Shown here piece by piece: positions 54,401 through 64,000 of a stretch of 64,000 nucleotides of DNA. The notes under the pieces are model-generated. The model searched no databases. It saw only the letters and a list, made by a program, of their open reading frames with translations, and had not been told where the DNA came from. Numbering within the stretch: position 1 is the stretch's first letter; each line of letters opens with the position of its first letter. The DNA is from Tubulanus polymorphus. Lineage: Eukaryota; Animalia; Nemertea. The stretch is taken from positions 7,224,451 to 7,288,450 of the forward strand of contig NC_134035.1 of assembly GCF_964204645.1 (NCBI RefSeq). The letters are read 5' to 3'. Both the position numbers and the translations under genes were made by a program.

Positions 54401-57400
54401 GAAATGAGAGTTAATGATTTTTGATTACGGCGTTACGGCGGTTACGGCGATCAGTCGCCTCGAGCGCCGTATTAACCAGCCAATCACGATTCTTCGACGG
54501 TTCACCTGATAGCAAAATGGCGACCTCCACCGATTTCGTTGGCCGACGAAATCGCCCAGTGTGTCCGGGTCTGACGGCGATCAAATCGGTCATAAACCGT
54601 CATTTTCGTCAGGAAATGAGGAATTGTTCAATTAGTGCGTATACGCACGATAGAAAGTAAGGGTCAGTGAAAATGCAAGCAAATGCGTTTGGGGGAGGGA
54701 AGGGTCTAAACGGATCTAGTACACGCACCATTTGATGCATTTTTAATACAGCATTGAACTACAATATTGTATTACAATGTGCTATAACTCAATAAAACAC
54801 TTGTTGCTGTTGTTCTAACGATCATCGTGATGGTCGCATCGGCATAATTTAGAAAATTGCGTGTCCAGTTCGACTCCTATTACATATTGGTTTCCTATAC
54901 ACCGGCAGTTCCCATTAGTAAGTATGTTCTCGAAAATCATATGCATGCGTACATGGGGTAGGGGTGGTTAGAAAAGTACTGTTGCGTACAAGAAAGGGGT
55001 TAGAAATCGGCTATCCCTTGAAGGATCCCTGACTAAAAATAGGATTACTTCTTTTCTCGTATTGCTTCTACAATATGGTGAAATTATAGTTTCTTTCTCC
55101 CCACGACGAATGTTTGAATCTATTTTTCTATTTTTCTATTTACAGTTTGTTGCCCATCCGAATTGTCAAAACCACTTAGCGAGTATTTACTACGGTGAAT
55201 GGATGAATCTACAGGAAATGCCGAACTGGAAGAGGAATCTTGGATTCCTAATCGCGACTCCATTTATACCGTTCCTCTGTATAATTTACGCATTATTTCC
55301 CAACACGAAGGTGCGTGCGGTATCAGTATGATTTTATAATATCTTAATACCGCCCAATTTCACAAAAAGGTTTAAGACCAAAACCGATTTAAGATCAACA
55401 GAATGAACTGAGAAATTAAACCGATTTAAGAGTAAAAACCTGGACTTTTTGTGAAACTGGGCCCTGCAGCTTAATTTGATTATTAGATTCGAGAGCATTT
55501 TTATGGTGGCTGATTTGGGTCATACTAAAACATTTTTTATCGTTGCTCCAGCCGTACAGAACATTTTAATATGGCCCGAATCAGCCACCATAATATCATT
55601 TTAGTGCTTATTATGTTGTCTAATTCGAGCCATATCGAATTTCTAGACTTTTCAATTCTCCATTTAAAGCCGTTCAGGTACCTGAGAGTTCCAGTGGTGA
55701 GATTTCTCAATCATACGTTATGGTACGTCGTTTTCCTGCTGTTACTGGCTATCGTTACATTTGGTCTGGACAAGTCAACGCCGGACCTGGTTCACGCCGA
55801 ATCATGGGCTAGCACAGCCGATGCTATCTATCGCAACGACTTCAGGACCGCTGATTTAAATATAATGTCTCCATTACATTGGGTTATATTTGTATTTGTT
55901 CTCGGTAAGTTAGCTGATCGAAGCGTTTGTTATATCAGTTGATGGATCGATCGGGGACGAAAACTGTTTGATTTTTTCCAAACCAAGGTTACCATTGACA
56001 CAGGAATTTGAATGGGAATTTATTTAAGTCGACTCAACTATGTGGCGTCGGGTTATACTGTGAGACGGATAAATTATACGAGAATTATCAAATCAAATTG
56101 ATGACTAAGAGCATAAGAAAGGTATAATTAATCAAAAACCCCAAAGTGCTGTGGCTACCCATGTTTGGGATACTAATGGTCATCAATTTGATTTTAATAA
56201 TTCTCGTATGATTTTTCCGTTTCACAGTATTACCCGACGTCACATAGTTGAGTCGGCTTTAATAAATTCCCATTCAAATTCCTGTGTCAATGGTAACCTC
56301 GGTTTCTCCCCCATAATAAACTTTTGAACCTATACATTTCCTCTCTGGTCAAAATCACCTAGTTTTCATGTGCAATAGTGTGTGTCGTTCTTGCTTGTAT
56401 ATATGACGTGAAATGTCATAATTTTAGTCACTCTTGAAAATGGTTTTTAGGATATAACTGAAAATTCGAGGTTTTAATAAATTTTTATAGTTTATGTTTT
56501 GAAATCGCTTTCGAACTAGATTTTCCCTTATTTAGCTGTGATTTCCTCGTGGTTTTTGTTAAGTAACCGATGAACTTTAAAAGAGAGTTTATCAGCCGGT
56601 TTGATTGATGTTTTCACTTGTTCCGATGTTTTTATCATTATCCAATTTTGAAAACGAAATGAAAAAATCTAATTCGAAAAAATAAGGATTCAATAGTGCA
56701 AACCCAGCGGGTAACCGATAATATAGCGACTGAAAAGAGATTTATTGTTAAAGACCCCCTTCCCTACTTTATAAATCAGTAGAATGAAATTTATATCTCA
56801 TCTTTTCTTATATAAATTGTACTCTCTAACTGTTACAAAGGTATTTTCTGTTTTTTTTTCTAATTTTGCTACTTTTCAACCCTGTTTCTTATTTGCTTCT
56901 CATTTCCATTGTGTTTCAGGTAATTTTCTAACGGAAATAACTCAATTCAATAAATGCGGATTTTCCGTGTACGTGAACAGCATGTACAACTGGTGCGATT
57001 CGATTTGTATCGCTTTGTACGTCGCCGCGTTTACTTTGAGAATAATCGTCGACGTCAAAGTCACTTCGGTCTACGAAACATACAAAACCGACATCGAAAC
57101 CCTCAGGAGTAATCTCTCCGAACGTCGATGGGTCGAATCACCAGACGGCTTATCATATATTCGCAATTTCAGTCATTGGTTGTACAGTCAGCCGGATGGA
57201 TATTTCCTGTTAGGCTGTAAGCATACATTACGCCCTTTCTGAATAAGTTAGTAATTACGATGTGCAACATATTAAAAAATACATACATCAGGGTTCCAAC
57301 GGGTTTTGAAAAGTCTTGGAAAGTTTTGGAAAATGGGAATTTTTTGCCAGGCCCTGGAAAAGCTATGGAAATTTCTTTTTTTCTATCAATGGCTATGGAA

Positions 57401-60400
57401 AAGGTATGGAAAATCAGAAAATGACCTCAAAATAAAAATTTCCTTCAATTTTGAACTACAGGCTATAGGCCTAAGCCGTCACCACTAAGATCGATAACAA
57501 AAAGGAGTTGTCATTTTCCAGATAACAGCTTGTCTATAGGCACTACAGATTTGAGAACAATATGAAAACCCTTTGTGAATGGTCACCATATTGCTTCTAA
57601 TCTACTTTGAATGGTAATTTGGTTATAGTATTGGCTATAGTAATTAATGCATATGAAAAGTTTGCAAGTTAGGCTCTATATGTGTTGAACGACAGGACCT
57701 GCCCTTATCATCAAGACTAAATTACAATGATGCTGGCTTATTTACACCAGGGAAGGGATCCCACCTCCCTGTTTAAACTAATTATTCTTGGTTGGTTACT
57801 TAAAACTGTGAAGACTGGCTTTTCCGTGTTGTGAATGACTGTCATTCTGCGCGATCTGTTTGTTGAAAAACATTTGATATTACTACAGTCAACCCCGCAT
57901 AAGTCGTCATCGAATTAGTCGAATCATCACATCTCTCGCATAATCATTTTGGTCTCAATTTTTTTTCTTTAAACCTTATAATTATGCTCTTAACTCGCAC
58001 TTCATTAGTCGTATTTTCATGTAAGTCGTATCACTTTTAGAAGCCAAATCGTCTGATTCCATTCAAAATACCTTGCGTAAGTCGTAGCCCGATATGCTGG
58101 CAGCAGATAAAAATACGCTACAATATTGTCTGTGTAAGTGTTTAGACAGTTACAATGTAACTTTCTTGCGACGTCTGCTGGGTGCACGTGGCCGAGGGTA
58201 GATTTCAGTGATATATAGGATCTGCACTGTCAGCTCAGGATACGACGACCGACATGACGAACCATGCTGGAATCTGAGCGTCGTATATATCGTATTTTCA
58301 CAGGTTATTCGTGGAATTCGTATAAAACCACAATTTATAGATAACTCGTAAAAATACGACTTACCTGTGACTCGGACAAGACGTAAGTCGTAGAAAAAGC
58401 ATCGGTCCAAGTGCCACGACTTATGCGGGGTTGACTAGTAATATGGGCGAGGGAGAAGGCCAGAAACACACAGCCAGTTGATTAAGAAAAAACACGTGAG
58501 GTTTGTCTTAGAATTAGACACATTCTATCAGAAATGATAGAATGTGTCTAAATATTTTGCTTTCTCCTTGATGAGACCTACGTTGCCTGTTTCTAGGGGT
58601 AACAGGTAAAAATCCCCATGGTAAATATCCCCCAGTAAAAATCCCCTAGGTTGGCGATGTATAACTTCGTGGTATGTAAAATTTATAATCTGGGTATGGA
58701 AAAGTATGGAAAAGGTATGGAAAATGATATTGGCCAACCCGTGGGAACACTGATACATGGACTGGTCATTCACTGATTACTGCAAGGGTATTCCAAACCA
58801 ACTAGAATGTATCTCCCCGGACATGTCATAAATAACCTTCCAAACCCAGGTCTGGTATCAAAATTTGCTTTTAGTTGAAAATGTTTTCATTTGGTATCTC
58901 ATGAATTATTCACCGAAAAATAATCAATTCATATGATATTATTATTCTATATGAAATCATTTCAGTTATAGGCCAATATGTTTGTTTCAAAGATGGCTGA
59001 AAATAAGCCATCTTTGATTGCATTACGAGCCATAGATTTATTTTCTGATAATGCCATTAAGTCTTTCGGTCGCAATAATTTAGAGCAGTGACAATGTGAA
59101 AGGATGGATTGCATCCAAAATGCTAATAGTTCGGTCGTAACGTATTTCACAGTGTCGGCCATCTTGAACCTAGGTCCGAACTATAGCGACCGTGCTCAAT
59201 AGTATGGTCGACCATTTCCGGACAATAGTTTCGACTAACGGACATTCGGTTTCATTTAGTTCGACCATGGACGTATAAACTAGATAATCTAGTTTATACG
59301 TCCATGGTTCGACTATAGCGAAGTCGACTATCTACGATAACCCATGTTCGCCCAGCTTGCAATGTTTGATTGATATCCATGAAACTTGATGCGAGAATAA
59401 AGCCAGGTTCATCTATTCTCAACTTGAACCAATCATTTTAACGAAGTCAATAAAAAATCAAATGAATTCTGCTGTTTTATATGAAGTACGTATGTAATAT
59501 GTTATATGTCGTCAATTTGTTACCCCGTTACTGTGTGCTTATTCTGTGATATCTGGGAAGTCAATAAACAATTAAGCGTCTAGATTATAATGAAAATGAA
59601 TATTATAATTCTAACCATTGATTGTATACTGATATTTATAGGCCGATCCTGGTGGGACGCTACGGACCCTCTCATACTGTCCGAGTGTCTATTCGCTATT
59701 GCAAACGTGCTCTCGTTCGTCAAGTTGACCTATATCATGCCGGCATTTGAATCTTTAGGACCGCTACAGATATCATTATCTCGGATGATGAGCGACGTTG
59801 GGAGATTCATGACGTTATTCGGAATGGTACTGATTTATTACATTAAACGAACCAGACATAGGTCACGTGATTGAATTGAGTATAATAACTCGCTTTTTTC
59901 AGGTATTTTTAGCATTTGTGATCGGGGTGACAAATCTTTATTCGTTGTACAATTGGTATTTGTCGGACTTCGACAGAAGCACTGGAAAGTTCGAAGTCAG
60001 CTCAATGACTGATAGCTTTGGAGAGTAGGTTCCTCGCTAAAAATTTCTTAAAAGCAATTCTTTAATTTAAAAAAAGTCGAAATAACCCCAACATTGTATG
60101 CTTTTCAGTTTACAAGGAACGTTCATGACATTGTTTTGGGCATTATTCGGTATGTCTGACTCGTCTGTGCCTGCACTGAAAATGAAAACAGCTGAACGAG
60201 CTGGTAGGTATCCGGTCTATTCTATTTGATTTCATTTTCAATTCAGATACTGGCTTAATGATATTTTTGATAACCATATTTCACCAGAAGGGAAAACTAC
60301 ATACTCTATATACACGTACTTCTGTATTGAGATGTTGGAAAAGTAAATCTAAATATTCCTGCCGTGTCTTGATTTTGATCTTGCTTCCAGACTTCTTCAA

Positions 60401-63400
60401 AGTGTACGAGAATCCAAACGCATTCGATATCCCTGAAACGGTCGGTACAATTTTGTATGGACTTTACTGCGGTCTTATGAATATCATTCTTCTCAATATG
60501 CTTATAGCCATGATGTCCGATTCATACGATAAAACTCAGGTATGTATATATGTAAAAAAGTAGCTATTTGATCGCACTTCAATTCACTTTGATTCATCCT
60601 TCACAATTGTGCAATGTTACAGGAAGATTCTGACGTGGAATGGAAGTTCGCCCGAACTAAGCTATGGCTGAACTACATAGAAGGAATGGCGACTTTGCCC
60701 CCACCGTTCAATTTGATTCCTTCTCATAAGTTCATAACCCGATTATTCAGTGGTTGTAAATGCAAGGAATCGACTTGGAACGACGGGTGTTCTTGCTGTG
60801 TTAGGAAACCACGTAGTCCACAGACCGATGTCAGTGGAGGCAGCTGGGTAAGCATTTACACCTGGTTGATGTATCCCATTCTCGATCGATTAGATTTCTT
60901 CATGATAGTCAAAACGTCGTTGTAGATCATAAGTTTGTCGTAATTGTTTTCATCCACTTTTCAAGAATTACCAGACCTCGGATTTTACCGACCTCGACTC
61001 CGAGAACGTAGGAGCCTTGACGCTCGAGATGAAAAACATTGAAAACCCTCACATGAAGCTGAAGAAAGATCTTTTGCGCCGGTATTTGTTTAAGTTGGAA
61101 AGGGAACACGGTCAAAATGAATCCAGCAACGACGACGATGATGATTATAATGATGCTGACGAGGATGATAGTAAGTATCACGCACTACGGTGCATTTTCT
61201 AAATCGATCCCAAAATATTTTTCTGACTGTTTTGTGCTTCAGAATAAATAGTATAGGAACGTTGCGTCAAGTCCAGTATCTGGTGAAATAGTGCGTAGAT
61301 GTAGTTGTACTAATTTTGAAAAGGCTGATTCGGTCAAGCTTATCAAATTTACTCCGGCACTCCCGACAATCCCGACAATCCCGACATACCCGACATTCCC
61401 GACACTCCCAGCACCTCCATACCTCACTATCCCGGCACGTCTATACCTCACTATCCCGGCACGTCTATACCTCACTATCCTGGCACGTCTATATCTCACT
61501 ATCCCGGCACGTCTATACCTCACTATCCCAGCACCTATATACTTTACTATCCCAGCACCTCCATACCTCACTATCCCAGCACCTCCATCCCTCACTATCC
61601 CAGCACGACTATACCTCACTATCCCGGCACCTCCATACTTCACTATCCCAGCACGTCTATACCTCACTATCACGGCACCTCTATACTTCACTATCCCAGC
61701 ACCTCTATACCTCACTATCCCAGCACCTCTATACTTCACTATCCCAGCACCTCCATACCTCACTATCCCAGCACCTCTATACTTCACTATCCCAGCACCT
61801 CTATACTTCACTATCCCAGCACCTCTATACTTCACTATCCCAACACCTCTATACTCCACTATCCCGGGAGAGTCCATCCTCCCTCTGCAAGGACTCGAAC
61901 CTGATGGCATCGCTACACTCAGCCACGGCACGAACCCCTGCATCAGTAGACCGGGTGCGCAGGTACATGCGCAGCTTTCCGAACGAAAACTGGCGGCACC
62001 AATCAGATTGCTCGTTGTATAATCGTTGAGGCAAATTTCAAGGAAGAACTATAAATGGGAAAACCCGGGCTAAAATAAAACGGGATTTCTGATAGGCTAA
62101 AAATCACATCATCTGAACTGCGCATGTATCTGCGCACACGGTCGATTATGGCAGGGTTTCGTGCCGTGGAAATCTCGATGCCATCAGGTTCGAATCCCTG
62201 CCGGAGAGGATGGGGAGAGTCGTGAGTGTCGGGTATGTCGGGAGTGTCGGGTATGTCGGGAGTGTCGGGAGTGCCGGGTATGTCGGGGATTGTCAGGACT
62301 GTCGGGTTTGTCGGGACTTTCGGGTGTGTCGGGAGTGCCGGGTATATGTCGGGAGTGCCAGGTATGTCGGGATTGTCATGAAAGTTCCCGTAGGATATGG
62401 ATGGGATACTGTGAATGGTATATTGATTCTCGAATAATTAGTAGAGGGAGAACTACGCAAGGTATGCGTGGGAGAACATAGAAATTATTTCTAAATGTAA
62501 TGCGGTCTTGGAGACTACTTAACCGTATACTGGACTTACGCCAGTTACCAGGTTCCAGTTACAAGTTATAACCAGTTTCCAGTTACCAGGTTCCATTTTG
62601 AGGCGGTCACACAGGTCCCGCATTGTTGGATAGATTTAAACATTTTTCTAAACTAAAACCTTTAGCGCGGTTGCTTGTCGAACATCCCGCTTTTGGCACA
62701 CAATTTAAACTTATGAATCGTTAGAACGGTGAAAATTTCTATTTTCTAATGGTGTGTATTTCATTTTTCTCGGCTGCAACGATCGGATACAGTTACAGTT
62801 TATAAAAGATGTGTCACTTGTAGTAAGGCGCCTCAAAAATTGACAATTTTGTGTCATTGGCTGTAACGTTTTAATTTTTTGAGATGTTGAATTTTCTGAT
62901 GTTGATACGAATTGAATATAGAGTTTTATCTGGGAATTTGTTGATATTGCATTCGTAAAAATATCTTCATAGAAACGCGTGTGCCCGACGGGCGAGTCAA
63001 GCGCACAGCGCGAGCGAGTGGTTGAACGTCGATTTTCTGCATACGCACATTATGCTATTTTCATGGAAATTTTCAAACTTTTTTTTCTATTAGAATCATC
63101 GTTTGATTGTTTCCATGTTGAATTGCGGGTACTTGGTGTGAAATGAATAAATGCAGTACTTGCAAATCTCGACATTAGGCAGCCAACAAAATTAAACCAA
63201 ATCAGTCGCTTGCCAGTTTAGGCTGTTGGAGGATTGTTTACCTTAATCGGTCTCGAAATTTCGGGTCATGTACTTCGATTTAAACAAGAAAACTCGACAC
63301 AACGATATCTTTGCTTCGATTTCGGAATAAAACCCGTTTCAAAACAAATCAAATCAAATCTATCAAATAAACAAGATCGACAATCCCTTTATAAATAAGA

Positions 63401-64000
63401 AAATATGACATCATCGAAGCTGAGCGCGGAGAGTTTCGTGCGCCGTGGCCGAGTTGCGCGATGCCATCAAGTTATACTCCCTGTCGTAGGAGGAAGTTGT
63501 AGGTTATTCGTAAGTCTCATTAAGTACGTTCAAAATCATGGTTTTTCAGATCCACGCGATGACGATATTTTAGATAAGGAAGACGAAACTATTTTACCGC
63601 CGAGTCCAAAGTTGCGTATAACATCAAATCGACGTAACAGTTCTGCTGGCCGTTCGTCGCCTGACAGTCCCGACCCTCGATCTCCAGGACCAAGAACCAT
63701 AATACGTAACTTGTCGGCGATGAAGTGCGCATATTCTTCGAGACCTCGAGACGGCGATGAGAGCACGCAAATACAAACAGCGAAGGACGCTTCGGATACC
63801 GACGAAATGCCGTCTCTGTTATCATCAACCAGTCACAATAACGATAATCAAACAGCGGCGAAGTCTCGACCTAGCGAAAGCAATAATAGCTTTGATCCGT
63901 CGCGTTTACCGAGAAGTCCCCCACTCGGCTACACGGGACGTAGAAGTAAGGAGTTGTCTTCGGGTCGTCGCCTGAGATTTCCGAACCGACCGAAAAAATC
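51490..64000 (+). CDS. TRPC: Canonical transient receptor potential channel (TRPC family), 3' end beyond the window
   Basis: Exons 51490-51567 (start tentative), 52713-53342 (ankyrin repeats, [18 protein letters not shown]), 53800-53958, 55146-55310 (FVAHPNCQ), 55670-55904, 56920-57216, 59642-59826 (LGPLQISL), 59903-60024, 60109-60203 (pore LFWALFG), 60391-60539 ([10 protein letters not shown]), 60623-60847 (TRP box EWKFAR), 60966-61170, 63550-open. Phase-consistent. Confidence 0.93.
51830..52200 (+). mobile_element. RTE-clade LINE 3' ORF fragment in TRPC intron 1
   Basis: [35 protein letters not shown] resembles the RTE C-terminal PA..AL...GRP..TW...I..DL motif, with an in-frame stop. Confidence 0.55.
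54052..54570. mobile_element. Harbinger/Tourist-like MITE pieces around a LINE-tail-like insert
   Basis: gacacactgggcgatttcgtcg / atcgcccagtgtgtccgg inverted ends (right end seen at ~54165-54183 and ~54550-54568); (ttcaag)n plus tttatt tail at 54185. Confidence 0.55.
55502..55592. mobile_element. Minimal 91-bp IS3EU-like element (internal deletion derivative)
   Basis: tatggtggctgatttgggtcatact ... atatggcccgaatcagccaccata; interior matches the TIR of 36848-37317. Confidence 0.8.
55981..56304. repeat. Foldback/MITE with ~125-bp inverted arms
   Basis: aaccaaggttaccattgacacaggaatttgaatgggaatttatt... / ...aataaattcccattcaaattcctgtgtcaatggtaacctcggtt. Confidence 0.85.
57289..58752. mobile_element. 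hAT/P-like non-autonomous element (CAGGGTTCC...GGAACACTG) carrying a nested MITE
   Basis: Terminal inverted repeats, subterminal tatggaaa repeats at both ends, flanking direct repeat atacat. Confidence 0.65.
57886..58438. mobile_element. pogo/Tigger-type MITE nested in the previous element
   Basis: ta-cagtcaaccccgcataagtcg ... cgacttatgcggggttgactag-ta. Confidence 0.75.
59265..59306. repeat. Short perfect palindromic element
   Basis: ccatggacgtataaactaga-taa-tctagtttatacgtccatgg flanked on both sides by ttcga. A diverged copy lies at ~47773-47820. Confidence 0.8.
61350..62375. mobile_element. Two inverted copies of a tRNA-derived SINE-like head with 9-bp and 24-bp minisatellite tails
   Basis: Head gccgtgg..gcgatgccatcaggttcgaatccctg at ~62160-62205 (+) and reverse-complemented at ~61880-61935. 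24-bp unit ctatacttcactatcccagcacct at 61405-61865; 9-bp gtcgggagt units. Third head at ~63435-63490. Confidence 0.65.

Noticed and set aside
61239-62029. Three overlapping 234-243 aa repetitive ORFs
   Set aside because: Artefacts of a stop-free 24-bp minisatellite inside a TRPC intron.

Overview
AT-rich, intron-containing eukaryotic DNA from an invertebrate animal (lophotrochozoan-like by inference). Gene models were built by hand from GT-AG sites and reading-frame phase. In order: (1) a SCUBE gene (+; 9 EGF exons, spacer, Cys-rich repeats, CUB, SCUBE C-terminus) with apparently two alternative 5' ends, one adding an unrecognised ~200-aa domain; (2) a convergent secreted galaxin/usherin-type di-cysteine repeat protein (-) with a C-terminal RGD; (3) ACP1/LMW-PTP (+); (4) an intronless atypical class A GPCR (+); (5) possible divergent FGF-like exons; (6) a spliced prepropeptide, missed by the ORF track, that yields an amidated six-cysteine RGD peptide; (7) a TRPC channel (+) that runs off the window end. 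Introns and spacers hold many non-autonomous transposons (IS3EU-, Harbinger-, pogo- and hAT-like), Penelope-like remnants with minimal hammerhead motifs, tRNA-derived SINEs, LINE fragments and microsatellites. No searches were run, so family calls rest on motif recognition.
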